Assembly (NCBI GenBank): GCA_963710755.1
Contig: CAVQBK010000003.1
Span: forward strand, 960,001-1,024,000
Source: an uncultured bacterium
Lineage (GTDB): Bacteria > Oederibacteriota > JAAXVQ01 > JAUVAV01
Length of the DNA: 64,000 bases
Direction of reading: 5' to 3'
A program made the position numbers and the translations under genes. Positions within the stretch are counted from its first letter, which is position 1. Every line of letters starts with the position of its first letter. Shown here piece by piece: positions 20,133 through 30,806 of the stretch. The notes below the pieces were generated by a model. The model worked only from the letters and a program-made list of their open reading frames with translations, was not told the origin of the DNA and did not search any database.

Positions 20133-22967
20133 ATTCTTTCAAGTAGGAAAGCAAACAACAGTTGGCAACATAACCTGGGCAGGAGCCTAGGTGCGCTAGT
20201 CATCGGCCTGGTCCTTTTCGCCATGGCTCCTGCTGTCCAGGGGTCGCGCCAGCTAAACCAACGTTGGCAACAGCTGGAAACCAAGCATTTTATGCTCATC
20301 TTTCCCAAGGATCAGAAAGCCTTGGCGTACCACCTAGCTGATGTGGCGGAATCGCGCTATCAGCAGGTGGTGGATCTCTGCGGTTTTCAACCCCAAGGGT
20401 CCATTCCCCTGGTACTTAATCCAGATACCGATATAGCCAATGCTTATGCCCAGTCGATTTTTAAAAAAATTGAGTTCTATCTGGCTCCGCCATTGGATTA
20501 TGATTTTGGATCAGGTGATAAAGATTGGTGGACCTTGGTATTTTTACACGAATATGCCCATCTTTGCCAAGGTATGCGCGATGATATGGGCGTGGCCCAT
20601 GTTCTGTCCACGATCTTCGGGCAGGTTAATGGTCTGAATTTTATAGCGCCCCGATGGTGGGTGGAAGGGGTGGGGGTCTATACGGAAAGCGTATTAACCG
20701 ACGCCGGCCGGATGAATAACAGTTTTTATCAACTGCAACTGGCTGCTGATCTGCTGGCCGATCATCCTTGGAGTCGAGCCCAGCTGGCCAATCCACCCAA
20801 AGTAGCTCGGCCATGGGGGCGTAATTATTTCTGGGGCGCTGACTTGATTGCCGCCGTCCAAGACAAGCATGTGCCGAGCGTGGTAGATCTGGTGACCCAA
20901 GGACAAAGCGACTGGCCCTTTTGGGGTTTGGGAGAAGTTTGGCGTACAGCCTTGGGCAGTTCCTTGGAACTTGATTGGCAATGTTTACAGGAAAAGGAAA
21001 AAACGGCCTTTCATGAAAAGTACCCTGACCGCGGCTTGGCGATAGCTGAGACCCGGATTATGACCAATGAACCCGATCTGGAATATAAAAGTCCACAATG
21101 GATTAATTCACAACAGCTCGTGATTTTTAAGAATAGTCTGGACCAGGGCAAGGCCATTGTTACCATTTCGATACCCAAGGGCAACCAACAGGTCTGGCAT
21201 AGAGATGTGGAGTTGCAAGGCCATTTGGAGTGGCAGCCACAGGAGAAGAAACTCTATTTTTCTGAACTGAGGGCCAATGCCTTTGAACCCAACGCCAGGC
21301 AGGCGTACCCCCTGTGGCTGCAAGGCCCTGGCCAGGCGTATCGCTTGGGCACGGGAAAACGGTTATGGTCAGTGTCTGTTTCGGTCCGAGGGGTTAAAGC
21401 GGCTATTGGTAATTGCCAAGGCCAGGCTGGTCTGCTGTTTCAATATCCGGGAGAGCATGACTGGGAGCCTTTACCCGTACCGGCAGGTGCGCATTTTCGT
21501 GATCCCCGCTGGTCTCCGGATGGATCTCAATTAGCCGTGGTGGTCAACATCCGCGGCCATCAAGACATCTGCCTCCTTGATCCCAAGGAACAGCGGCTCT
21601 TGGCCATTACCGGTTGGGACAAGGCGGCTGATGTGGATCCAGCCTGGTCGCCTGATGGGCAATGGTTGTATTTTATTTCTGACCGCAGCCAAGGTTATCA
21701 ATTGTTTGCCTGGTCCTTGCAAACGGCCCAGCTCTATCAAGTCAGTCACGCGCAACTCGGGGTTTTTCAACCTGCCATTTCACCGGACAGCACCCGGGTA
21801 GCCCTTGTCTCCTATGAAAAAGGGTTTCAACAGCAGCTGTTGGTGGCGCCGCTTGATCAACAGTCCTGGACACTGATGGACACCACTAAACCTGTATATG
21901 GTTGGCCACCTGTTGGGGATCATCAGGACAAGCCTTCCAGCCTGCCCACAGCTCAGCCTTACAATGCCTGGCCTTATTTGGCCCCTACCTTTTGGGTGCC
22001 TGCCTTAGGCTGGGGTCAGGAGGGCCTACTGCTGGGAGCATTTTCAGCTCAGCGCGATCCCCTCGAATTTCATGAATGGCAAGCCCAAGTGCTGCTGGCT
22101 TTGCGCACGGGCAGGCCCTACGGTTTTCTGAGCTATCATAATGAGAAGTGGCCTCTGGGCTGGACCTTGCGCGCAGCCTACGAGCCAACAAACCAGGTGA
22201 TTCTCGGGGACGGCCAGGACCAGCGCTTGGGCTGGGGTCAGCGGACCTCTTTAACCTTGGCTCTGGACACTACCTTGTGGCAGCACTTAAGCCGGGACTG
22301 GGCTACGGTCACCAGCTGGCAGGGCACTCTGGGCGGGGCGATTTACCAGGCTGATCAGGAAGTGGCTTATCCCCGGGCTTTGTATGCCAAAACCAGCTTG
22401 GGTTTTTTCCACGGGCAACAAGGGCCCAAAGATTTCTTTCCAGTTCAAGGCTTCTCCTTTAACCTTGGCTGGGAACAAAGCCTGCTTAAGGCTTGGAGCA
22501 ACGGCCAAGCCCTTACCTGGGGAAGTGCGGTTTATTGGCCCGGGTTGGTCCAGCATCAAGCATGGCACCTGGGGTTGCGTGGTAAAAAGCAATCCGGGCA
22601 TTTTTCAGAAAACGATGGACTTTATGCGCCCAATGGATTTAGCCAGACCTGGCAGGGGGCAGGCAACCAAGCTACTTTTTCCCTGGGCTACAATTGGCCG
22701 CTTTGGTTTATTGATCAGGGCTGGAGTGAATGGCCTGTTTTTTTTAATGATCTCTGGATGACGCTTACCTATGACGCCGGGTTGACCTGGGAAGGGACCT
22801 TGGACTTTCCGGAACAGCGCCATCAGGCCCAGTCCTCCTTGAGCCTGGAGACAACTTTGGATATGACCTTGTTCTGGTACTTGACCAGTGCCGTGCGAGG
22901 GACTATTATTTATCGTTTGGAAAACAGGGACTGGCTGGCCCAAGTAGGCGGCCAACTCTGGTTTTAA
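20133..22967 (+). CDS. outer-membrane protein: zincin-like domain + PD40/TolB-like propeller + C-terminal beta-barrel (start uncertain, 20133 ATT or 20223 ATG)
   Basis: HEYAH...WWVEG; PD40 repeats PRWSPDG, PAWSPDG and PAISPDS; C-terminal QLWF. The signal peptide is encoded upstream of the first ATG. Confidence 0.72.
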   Translation: MLSSRKANNSWQHNLGRSLGALVIGLVLFAMAPAVQGSRQLNQRWQQLETKHFMLIFPKDQKALAYHLADVAESRYQQVVDLCGFQPQGSIPLVLNPDTDIANAYAQSIFKKIEFYLAPPLDYDFGSGDKDWWTLVFLHEYAHLCQGMRDDMGVAHVLSTIFGQVNGLNFIAPRWWVEGVGVYTESVLTDAGRMNNSFYQLQLAADLLADHPWSRAQLANPPKVARPWGRNYFWGADLIAAVQDKHVPSVVDLVTQGQSDWPFWGLGEVWRTALGSSLELDWQCLQEKEKTAFHEKYPDRGLAIAETRIMTNEPDLEYKSPQWINSQQLVIFKNSLDQGKAIVTISIPKGNQQVWHRDVELQGHLEWQPQEKKLYFSELRANAFEPNARQAYPLWLQGPGQAYRLGTGKRLWSVSVSVRGVKAAIGNCQGQAGLLFQYPGEHDWEPLPVPAGAHFRDPRWSPDGSQLAVVVNIRGHQDICLLDPKEQRLLAITGWDKAADVDPAWSPDGQWLYFISDRSQGYQLFAWSLQTAQLYQVSHAQLGVFQPAISPDSTRVALVSYEKGFQQQLLVAPLDQQSWTLMDTTKPVYGWPPVGDHQDKPSSLPTAQPYNAWPYLAPTFWVPALGWGQEGLLLGAFSAQRDPLEFHEWQAQVLLALRTGRPYGFLSYHNEKWPLGWTLRAAYEPTNQVILGDGQDQRLGWGQRTSLTLALDTTLWQHLSRDWATVTSWQGTLGGAIYQADQEVAYPRALYAKTSLGFFHGQQGPKDFFPVQGFSFNLGWEQSLLKAWSNGQALTWGSAVYWPGLVQHQAWHLGLRGKKQSGHFSENDGLYAPNGFSQTWQGAGNQATFSLGYNWPLWFIDQGWSEWPVFFNDLWMTLTYDAGLTWEGTLDFPEQRHQAQSSLSLETTLDMTLFWYLTSAVRGTIIYRLENRDWLAQVGGQLWF

Positions 22968-23006
22968 ATGGGGCACCCGATCCCAAAGCCAAAGAGGAGC
23001 GTGGCC

Positions 23007-24113
23007 ATGAATTACCAACACTATATGCCAACGAAAATCATTCTGGGTCAGGGCTGTATTAATCAGGAAGCAGACCAATTAGCCAAATTAGGCTGGCATG
23101 CTTTTGTGCTGACCGGAGAACATTCGGCCCGTAAAAATGGAGCGCTCGATGATGTGCTTACCGCCCTGGAAGCCAAGGCCGTGACTATTACTCATTATGA
23201 CAAGATCACACCCAATCCTACCATTGAAGCCGTACGCAGCGCCGCCGCCGTGGCCAGGGAAAAGCAGTGTGATTTTGTAGTGGCTATTGGCGGTGGTTCG
23301 GTTATAGATGCAGCCAAAGCTGTGGCCGTGCTGTGCTATAACAAACTGACTGATGATGAACTGTTCAGTAACAATTCTTTTGATGACGTGCTGCCGGTGG
23401 CGGCTATTCCCACCACCGCTGGAACCGGCAGTGAAGTAACCCCTTATGCCATCCTGACCAACCAAAAACTAGAGACCAAGAGTAATTTAAAATCACAACA
23501 ATTGTTTCCAGCACTGGCATTTTTGGATGCCACCTACACCCTGGGTTTGCCGGAGCCCATAACAGTGGCCACCCTCATGGATGCCATGAGCCACGCCGTG
23601 GAAGGTTATTTGGCCAAACGCTCCACGCCTTTTGGTAAACTTCTGGCCTTGGAAAGCTTGAACTTAATTGGCCAAGGCTTGACCCGACTTAACGGCCAAA
23701 CAACCTTGAATTTGGAGCAGAGGCAACAACTGTTATGGGCTTCATGTTTGGCCGGGATGGTTATTGCCCAAAGTGGCACCACGGTACTTCATGCCATTGG
23801 CTATTGCCTGACCTATTACAAGGGGGTGGCGCATGGCCGGGCCAATGGGATGCTTCTGCCCGCTTATCTGGATTACATTGCCGCTCAGCGGTCCAATGAA
23901 ATCAAAACCATTCTGCATGCCCTGGGTCTGGAAGACGTGACTCAATTAAAAACGCATGTGCAAACCCTGCTTGGCCGTGAACCACTCAACCTCAAAGAGG
24001 TCGAACACTATACGGCCAAGGCGCTGCTTGCGACTAATTTGGCTAATACCAATCCCAAACCTTCGGGACTGGATATTAAGGCCATCCTTGAAAAAAGTTT
24101 TGATGTCGGTTAA
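23007..24113 (+). CDS. iron-containing alcohol dehydrogenase
   Basis: GGGSVIDAAK, IPTTAGTGSEVT, DAMSHAVE and HG motifs; GAGGAG RBS before the ATG at 23007. Confidence 0.92.
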   Translation: MNYQHYMPTKIILGQGCINQEADQLAKLGWHAFVLTGEHSARKNGALDDVLTALEAKAVTITHYDKITPNPTIEAVRSAAAVAREKQCDFVVAIGGGSVIDAAKAVAVLCYNKLTDDELFSNNSFDDVLPVAAIPTTAGTGSEVTPYAILTNQKLETKSNLKSQQLFPALAFLDATYTLGLPEPITVATLMDAMSHAVEGYLAKRSTPFGKLLALESLNLIGQGLTRLNGQTTLNLEQRQQLLWASCLAGMVIAQSGTTVLHAIGYCLTYYKGVAHGRANGMLLPAYLDYIAAQRSNEIKTILHALGLEDVTQLKTHVQTLLGREPLNLKEVEHYTAKALLATNLANTNPKPSGLDIKAILEKSFDVG

Positions 24114-24288
24114 ATGCTGCAGCGCTGCTTGTTTGTGTTAGCTAACGTCTTTTAGCTCCATTACTTATGGGCAAGGGGCGAAAAAAATCACCCTATAAAA
24201 AATAGTGCCCTATCCTTATTTAAGGGCTTTATTTCCGTCTTGGCTGGTTTAGCATATAAAATTATATTATCTCCCTTTTGAGGAACCC

Positions 24289-27200
24289 ATGGCTTTACGT
24301 TCACTATTGACCAATCTTAAAAACGATCCGTCCTATCAAGCCTTGATTAAAATGCTGGAGCAGCAGGCCAGTCCTTTGACATGGTTAACGGGATTACATG
24401 GCTCAGCCCGGGCTTTTTTTTGGGCTGGGTTGCGGGAACGTCTGCGTCGCCCCATGCTGCTCATTACAGCCACCCAGGAAGAGGCGCGCAAATTGTACGA
24501 TCAATGCCGGCTTTTCTTACAGCATCCTGATCCGGAGCGCGAGGAACTGTTTTTATTCCCCAGCCGTGAGTTGCTTCCTTACGAACACGCTTTGGCGGAC
24601 ATGGAATTGGAAGGGGAACGGTTGGAAGTACTCCTCAAGCTGATGCAGCGGGAGAACGTGATGGTAGTCAGTGCTATCGACCAAGTGCTGGAAAAAATAC
24701 CTTCCCCTGCCTGGCTGCAGGCCAGGACGTTCACCCTGCATCAGGGACAGAATCTGGAATTGGAAAAATTGAGCCATCAGCTGGTGGCCATGGGGTATAG
24801 CCGGGAAACCTTGATTGAAGGCCGCGGTCAATTTGCCGTTCGAGGCGGTATTTTGGATATTTATTGTCCCAGTGAGCTTGCACCCTGGCGCATTGAATTG
24901 GAAGGCTCCGAGATTGTCAGCATCCGCCGGTTTGCCCTGAGCGGGCAAGGGCCCCTCACCGCTGGGTCCCTGCCGGAAGCCATGATCACGCCGGCTCAGC
25001 TGATCACACCCACGGAAGGAGAACTTGAGCAGGGTCTGGACCAACTAACCCGCAGCCTGGGAGTTCAACGGGTGGCCGCCTTGAAGGATAAGATCCGGAA
25101 CCAGGGGTTCTTTCCGGGTATGGAAAATTATGCCGCTCATTTTATGAGTTTGACCACGGTTATGGATTACTTGTCGCCGGGAACTATCGTGATCATGGAT
25201 GCCCCGGGCGCGGCCCAGAAAAAAAGTGTTGATGATCTATCCCGCTGGCACCAGCTCTTTCAGGAGCATAAGAAAAAAGAACCCCTCCTGTCTAATCCCC
25301 AAGAGTTGGTCCTGCCCTTTGATGATTTAAAAGAAAAACTTACTGCCCATGCCTGCGTTTTTACGGGCCTGCTTAAACAAACCGTGTGGGATGAGCTCGA
25401 ACCCCAGGGGGAATGGCAGGTGACGGTCAAGAGCACCACGCCCTTGCGGGGTAATTTGGAATTGCTGGTCCGCGAGATTAAGAGTCTAAAGGAAAAAGGG
25501 TTGACCGTACATCTCGCCGCCCATAACGAAGCGGAATTGGGACGACTGAAGCAAGTTTTAGCAGAGTCGATGCAACAGCTGGAGGCGCCCGATCTGCTGG
25601 GACAACTCATTTTCCATAGCGGACAACTGTCGGAAGGGTTTCACTATCCGGCGTGCGGCTTGGCGCTGTTTACAGACCAGGAGATATTCAACCGCCGCTT
25701 GGGACGGCCCAAACCGAGACGTCAAAAAGGCATGGCCTATCCCTCTCAGCCCATCGCTGATATTTTGGAATTAAAACCGGGCGATTTGGCGGTTCATCGC
25801 GACCATGGCATCGGCCGTTATCTGGGCGTGACCAAATTGAGCATTGACGCCCCTGATCAGGAATTCGTGCAGCTGGTCTACGCCGGCGATGAAAAACTGT
25901 ATGTGCCTATGGATCAATTACGGCTGTTGGAAAAATACGTGGGCAGTGATCAGGCCCCGCGCATTAATAAATTGGGCACCGTCGGCTGGGAAAAAACCAA
26001 ACAGCGCATCAAAGCTTCTGTCACCGAACTGGCCAGACAATTGCTGGACATCTATGCAGCCCGGGAAGTGCATCAAGGCCATGCCTATCCGCAAGACACC
26101 TCCCTGCAGCGGTCTTTTGAAGAAGCCTTTCCCTACGAAGAAACACCCGATCAAATGCGGGCGATAGAAGAAACCAAAAAGGACATGCAGTCGCTCAAGC
26201 CCATGGACCGGCTCATCTGCGGTGATGTGGGCTATGGAAAAACAGAAGTGGCCATGCGGGCGGCCTTCAAAGCTGTACAAGAAGGCTACCAGGTGGCGGT
26301 GCTGGTCCCCACCACCATTCTGGCGGATCAGCATTTTGCCACCTTCAAGGAGCGGATGGCCACCTTTCCCGTAGCCCTGGCCTTGGTCTCCCGCTTTAAA
26401 AGCACTCAGGAAACCAGAGACATTCTCCAGAGGGTGGCGCAAGGACGGATTAACATTATTATCGGGACCCACAAGCTCTTGGGCAAAGAAATCAAATTCG
26501 CCCGTTTGGGGCTGATTATTTTGGATGAAGAACAGCGCTTTGGGGTGGCCCAGAAAGAAAAATTAAAAAAAATGCGCAGCACTGTGGATGTGTTGACTTT
26601 GAGCGCCACACCCATTCCCCGTACGCTGTATTTATCCCTTTCCGGGATTCGCGATATCTCAGTTATCGAAACACCACCGCTTAATCGGTTGCCCATTAAA
26701 ACTCAAGTGATGGAATTTTCCGAATCCGCTGTACGCGAAGCCATTAGCCGGGAATTGGCGCGGGAGGGGCAGGTGTTTTTTATTCATAACCGGGTGCAGA
26801 GCATCGGCAGCATAGCGGAGCGCATCAAACGGCTGGTCCCGGAAGCACGCATTGCCATTGCCCATGGTCAGATGAAACGGGATCAACTGGAGCCGGTGAT
26901 GGAACGCTTTTTAGCTAGGGCTGAGGATGTGCTCGTATCCACTACCATTGTGGAGTCGGGTCTGGATATGCCCAATGTCAATACCATCATCATCAACCGT
27001 GCCGACGCCTTGGGTATGGCGCAATTGTACCAATTGCGCGGCCGGGTAGGGCGGGCGGACCGCCAAGCCTATGCCTATTTATTCTATCCCCAGGGTGGCG
27101 CAGTGACCAGTGACGCGGAAAAACGACTCAGTTCGTTGCAGGAATTTACTGAACTGGGCTCGGGTATTAAGATCGCCATGCGGGATATGGAGATCCGGGG

Positions 27201-27780
27201 TACTGGCGATGTGCTTGGGCCGGATCAATCGGGCCATGTTACGGCCGTGGGCTTTGAAACCTACTGCAGTTTGTTGGAAGAAGCGGTGAGGGAAATCCGG
27301 GGACAAAAAGCAGAACAGCCTACGGAAGTCAAAATGAGTCTGCCCGTGGAAGCCTATATGCCCAAAGATTTCATCCCTGATACCATGACCAGGCTCAATT
27401 TATACAAGCGGCTGTCCTCTTTGCACCACCAGGAAGAACTGGCCAGCCTGGAGGAAGAAGTGCGCAACCGGTTCGGCCGCTTGCCCGAACCTATGGTCAA
27501 ACTAGTGCAGGTTACTGAAATAAAAATGCTGGCCGCTCAAGCAGGCCTCAAAGAAGTGACGGTCAAACCGCATTCCATCCTTTTGACCTGGCCGGCCCAT
27601 TATCAGCCGCCACAGGCGATGGTGGATAAGTTATTGTCCGATTACACCAAGCGCATCCGCTTTATACCGGGTGAGGAAATCGCCTTGGAATGGAGCCGTT
27701 CGCCTGGAGAGATATTATCGGTTTTAAAAAACTGCTTGTCCGAATTAAGGGTAGATGATATAAAAAATTCCAAATTATAA
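24289..27780 (+). CDS. mfd: transcription-repair coupling factor
   Basis: RGGILDI, HGIGRY, CGDVGYGKT, DEEQRFG, QLRGRVGR and TRCF C-terminus. Confidence 0.98.
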   Translation: MALRSLLTNLKNDPSYQALIKMLEQQASPLTWLTGLHGSARAFFWAGLRERLRRPMLLITATQEEARKLYDQCRLFLQHPDPEREELFLFPSRELLPYEHALADMELEGERLEVLLKLMQRENVMVVSAIDQVLEKIPSPAWLQARTFTLHQGQNLELEKLSHQLVAMGYSRETLIEGRGQFAVRGGILDIYCPSELAPWRIELEGSEIVSIRRFALSGQGPLTAGSLPEAMITPAQLITPTEGELEQGLDQLTRSLGVQRVAALKDKIRNQGFFPGMENYAAHFMSLTTVMDYLSPGTIVIMDAPGAAQKKSVDDLSRWHQLFQEHKKKEPLLSNPQELVLPFDDLKEKLTAHACVFTGLLKQTVWDELEPQGEWQVTVKSTTPLRGNLELLVREIKSLKEKGLTVHLAAHNEAELGRLKQVLAESMQQLEAPDLLGQLIFHSGQLSEGFHYPACGLALFTDQEIFNRRLGRPKPRRQKGMAYPSQPIADILELKPGDLAVHRDHGIGRYLGVTKLSIDAPDQEFVQLVYAGDEKLYVPMDQLRLLEKYVGSDQAPRINKLGTVGWEKTKQRIKASVTELARQLLDIYAAREVHQGHAYPQDTSLQRSFEEAFPYEETPDQMRAIEETKKDMQSLKPMDRLICGDVGYGKTEVAMRAAFKAVQEGYQVAVLVPTTILADQHFATFKERMATFPVALALVSRFKSTQETRDILQRVAQGRINIIIGTHKLLGKEIKFARLGLIILDEEQRFGVAQKEKLKKMRSTVDVLTLSATPIPRTLYLSLSGIRDISVIETPPLNRLPIKTQVMEFSESAVREAISRELAREGQVFFIHNRVQSIGSIAERIKRLVPEARIAIAHGQMKRDQLEPVMERFLARAEDVLVSTTIVESGLDMPNVNTIIINRADALGMAQLYQLRGRVGRADRQAYAYLFYPQGGAVTSDAEKRLSSLQEFTELGSGIKIAMRDMEIRGTGDVLGPDQSGHVTAVGFETYCSLLEEAVREIRGQKAEQPTEVKMSLPVEAYMPKDFIPDTMTRLNLYKRLSSLHHQEELASLEEEVRNRFGRLPEPMVKLVQVTEIKMLAAQAGLKEVTVKPHSILLTWPAHYQPPQAMVDKLLSDYTKRIRFIPGEEIALEWSRSPGEILSVLKNCLSELRVDDIKNSKL

Positions 27781-27869
27781 TGAAAAAATCAAATTCAAGG
27801 TCTTGGCTGGCGTTGGCCCGCCGCAAAGACCAGGGATTGAAATTTAACGCAGTGGTGTTTGGAGGTCTT

Positions 27870-28547
27870 ATGCAAAAAAGCAATGTTTATGTGGTAGGAA
27901 TGGTATTGGGTGTCGTTGGGCTGATGATGACGGGGGGGTGCAGTGCAAAAAAAGGTGAGGTTCTGGCAGAAGTAGGCCATCAACAAATCACAACCGATGA
28001 TTTTCAAACGGCCTTGGGTAACCTTCCCGAGAACTACCGGGTCTTGGCGGAGTCCTATAAAGGCAAACGTAAAATTTTGGATAATCTGGTGAAAAAAGAC
28101 CTGCTGGTTGAAGAAGCCCTGCGCCGGGGTTATGATAAGCAGAAAGATATTAAGGAAAAAATAGAAAAAACCCGGGAAGAATCTAAACAAAAATTATTAA
28201 GTCAAATCAAGGAACTTAAAGTACGCCTGGCTATGGTGGACCAGCAAGCCCAGGAGAATGTGCTGTTGGGGGAATTGAACCAGAAATTAAAAGACCAAGG
28301 CATTCAGGGCATTACCATCGGTGAAGATCAGATCAAGGCCTATTACCAGGATTATGCCCGCAAGTTAAAAATACTCAATCCTGCGGCCAAGGTACCTGAT
28401 TTGGAAGACGTGGAGAAACAAATCAAGGCCATTCTGGTCGAAGAAGAATTAATCAAGCAACTAAAGAAACAAAGTAAAGTCGTGGTTAAGGAAGAACGTT
28501 TTAAAACCTTGTATGGTGACAAGGAACAGATTGTGGTTGATCATTAA
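27870..28547 (+). CDS. SurA-N-like lipoprotein (chaperone-like, no clear parvulin domain)
   Basis: GGAGG RBS; lipobox TGGC; VLAEVG...IT and LLVEEA..RG motifs. Confidence 0.65.
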   Translation: MQKSNVYVVGMVLGVVGLMMTGGCSAKKGEVLAEVGHQQITTDDFQTALGNLPENYRVLAESYKGKRKILDNLVKKDLLVEEALRRGYDKQKDIKEKIEKTREESKQKLLSQIKELKVRLAMVDQQAQENVLLGELNQKLKDQGIQGITIGEDQIKAYYQDYARKLKILNPAAKVPDLEDVEKQIKAILVEEELIKQLKKQSKVVVKEERFKTLYGDKEQIVVDH

Positions 28548-28578
28548 CAGCCGCGGCTGGCATGCCTAAGGATAATTC

Positions 28579-29502
28579 ATGAAAAAATATCTCATTCCGC
28601 TGGGATTAATAATGACAGCCGGGGTTCTTTTTTCCTTGGGCTACTTTACTAAACCCTTGCTTCAACATCTTTATCAGAATAAGGTTCTGGTGACCGTTAA
28701 TGAACAACCGATCACTGACCGCGATCTGCAGCAGGAAATCAGTTTCTTGCGGGTCAGTGAGAATACCCCCATGTCCAATATCACCAAGGAAGATGTGCTG
28801 GATCGTCTAATCAATGATCAATTGATTCTGCAGGAAGCCAAAAAACTGGATCTGGCTATCCAAGTAGATCAGTTTAAAGTCTATGCCCAAGATTTCTGGA
28901 AACCCTACAGTGATGAGGCCAGAAAAAAAATATTGCGCACCAACGGGCTGACCATGGAAACCTGGGAGGCCTTGGTTAAAAAACGCCTTCTCATTGAACA
29001 AACGATGGCTCATATGGTGGATGAACGCGTGCATGTGGGGGAAGATGAAATTGAAGCTTATTATTGGACGCACCTGTTGGAATTTTATCGACCGGTGCGG
29101 GTTCACGCCCGCCAAATCGTGGTGGAAACTGAGGCCCAAGCCAAAACATTGAAAGCGCAGTTGGATAAGGGAGACAATTTCCAAGTTTTGGCCAGCCAAT
29201 TTTCGCGGGGGCCGGAAAAAGACCAAGGCGGGGATTTGGGTTGGGTCAGTGCCGACGATCTGCCCCAAGCTTTTACCAAGGTGTTGTTTAGATTGAAAGA
29301 GCACGATATCAGCAAGCCGATTGCCACCACTTATGGTTATCATATATTTACAGTGGACCAGCGGGAACAGGGCGGCAGAATTTCTATGGAAGAGGCTAAA
29401 AAGGAGATTGCTGAAAATCTGAAATTAACCAAGACTAATCAAGTTTTTCAAAATTGGCTGGAAGAAATCAGAACTCGGGCCAACATTTCCTTCAATAATT
29501 AA
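28579..29502 (+). CDS. parvulin-type peptidyl-prolyl isomerase (SurA/PrsA-like)
   Basis: SurA-N region plus HARQIV, GGDLGW and T.YGYHI. Confidence 0.88.
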   Translation: MKKYLIPLGLIMTAGVLFSLGYFTKPLLQHLYQNKVLVTVNEQPITDRDLQQEISFLRVSENTPMSNITKEDVLDRLINDQLILQEAKKLDLAIQVDQFKVYAQDFWKPYSDEARKKILRTNGLTMETWEALVKKRLLIEQTMAHMVDERVHVGEDEIEAYYWTHLLEFYRPVRVHARQIVVETEAQAKTLKAQLDKGDNFQVLASQFSRGPEKDQGGDLGWVSADDLPQAFTKVLFRLKEHDISKPIATTYGYHIFTVDQREQGGRISMEEAKKEIAENLKLTKTNQVFQNWLEEIRTRANISFNN

Positions 29503-30608
29503 TGAGGTGCAGGATGATGAAAACGTTATATGCAATGACCATGGCAGGAGCTCTATTATTGTGCATGGCCGCCGGGCAAGCAGCGGAACCTGAGCACCCT
29601 GCCGCGGTAATAAAGGAAGCCGCCAAGGTCGTGCCGGCCGGCAAACCGGAATCAGTGGATCGCATAGAAATCAGAATCGGCAACGAAGTGATTACCACCA
29701 CGGAAATTGAACTGCCGCTGCAACAGTTGGGAGATTATCTTAAGAAAAGTCTGCAGGGTGATGAATTAAAAGAAAAACTGCGCTTGGCCCGGGAACAACA
29801 TATTAAAAAACTTATTGAGAGCAAATTGCTGCTGCTGGAGGCACGCCGTCAAAAGATCGATGTGCAGGAGGCCATGGTCAAGGAGACAGCTGGAAAAGAA
29901 ATCGAAAAATTGAAAGCCCAGTTTCCTTCGGAGGAAGCTTTTCGCAAACAATTGGCCATGGAACACCTCAATGAAACGGAGCTGCTGAAAGAACGGGAAA
30001 AGATGGCCAGGGAAAATATTATGCGGCAAAAATTGCTCCAGGAAAAATTGCGCGAATTCAGAACCGGCAGCGAGGTGGATGAAACCCAGTTGAAGGAGTA
30101 CTACGAGAAAAATAAAGAGGAATTTCACAGTCCAGCTCGGGCGGAAGTGCATCAGATTTTCATTCCCCATCCCAGCACTGCTTTGGGCCGGGATGCTTTT
30201 TTAAAACAAGACCATGACGCCAAATTGAAAATTGAAAAAGCCCTGCAGGAACTGAAACAAGGCCGTCCTTTTGCGGTAGTAGCCAAAGCCTATTCGGAAC
30301 ATAGGTTATCGGCTGAACAAGGCGGCAGTATCGGCTGGATTGAGGCCGGGGTATCAGGACTGCCGGAATTTGAAAAAGCGGTCTTTAATAAGGTGCCGGT
30401 AGGTGGTACCTCCGGGATTTTAGATACCAGCCGCGGATACTTTATCGTCCAGGTTGCTGACCGGCAAGCCGGCAAAACCCTGCCTTTGGAAGAGGTGAAA
30501 GGGCGCATTCGCCAGGACATTATGAACCAAGGTTCGGAGAAAAGATTTGAAGCCTGGATTGATTCGCTTAAGCAACGCTATCCTGTGGTTTATGCGGAAA
30601 AAAGATAA
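29502..30608 (+). CDS. SurA-like peptidyl-prolyl isomerase
   Basis: Signal peptide, VDRI...GNEVIT, GGSIGW and TSRGYFIV. Confidence 0.85.
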   Translation: MRCRMMKTLYAMTMAGALLLCMAAGQAAEPEHPAAVIKEAAKVVPAGKPESVDRIEIRIGNEVITTTEIELPLQQLGDYLKKSLQGDELKEKLRLAREQHIKKLIESKLLLLEARRQKIDVQEAMVKETAGKEIEKLKAQFPSEEAFRKQLAMEHLNETELLKEREKMARENIMRQKLLQEKLREFRTGSEVDETQLKEYYEKNKEEFHSPARAEVHQIFIPHPSTALGRDAFLKQDHDAKLKIEKALQELKQGRPFAVVAKAYSEHRLSAEQGGSIGWIEAGVSGLPEFEKAVFNKVPVGGTSGILDTSRGYFIVQVADRQAGKTLPLEEVKGRIRQDIMNQGSEKRFEAWIDSLKQRYPVVYAEKR

Positions 30609-30665
30609 TAGGTCCTTGCGCATCCCCTGTATTTTAATGCGGGGATTTTAAGCTACAGTAATTCC

Positions 30666-30700
30666 AAAAGCCGGTTTGTCCTGGACAAACCGGCTTTTTT
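30666..30700 (+). terminator. intrinsic terminator, probably bidirectional
   Basis: AAAAGCCGGTTTGTCC-T-GGACAAACCGGCTTTT perfect hairpin with flanking A/T runs. Confidence 0.85.
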
Positions 30701-30702
30701 AT

Positions 30703-30731
30703 TTGGTGATTTAAATGCTGCACGGTATAAT
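30703..30731 (+). promoter_or_regulatory. candidate sigma70 promoter of argCJ
   Basis: TTGGTG-N17-TATAAT. Confidence 0.5.
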
Positions 30732-30806
30732 CACAGCCAATTGTCCATTCAACCGGATATAAGTATTTTAGCATAACGTGTTTCATTAAAAGGCAGGTGT
30801 TAAATC

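Noticed and set aside
19805-20190. ORFs 19805-20146 and 19939-20190
   Set aside because: They are translations of the terminator and tandem repeat, with no RBS or protein-like composition.
30700-30800. ArgR boxes upstream of argC
   Set aside because: Only weak AT-rich resemblance, with no convincing TGAATAA-N-ATTCA-type palindrome.
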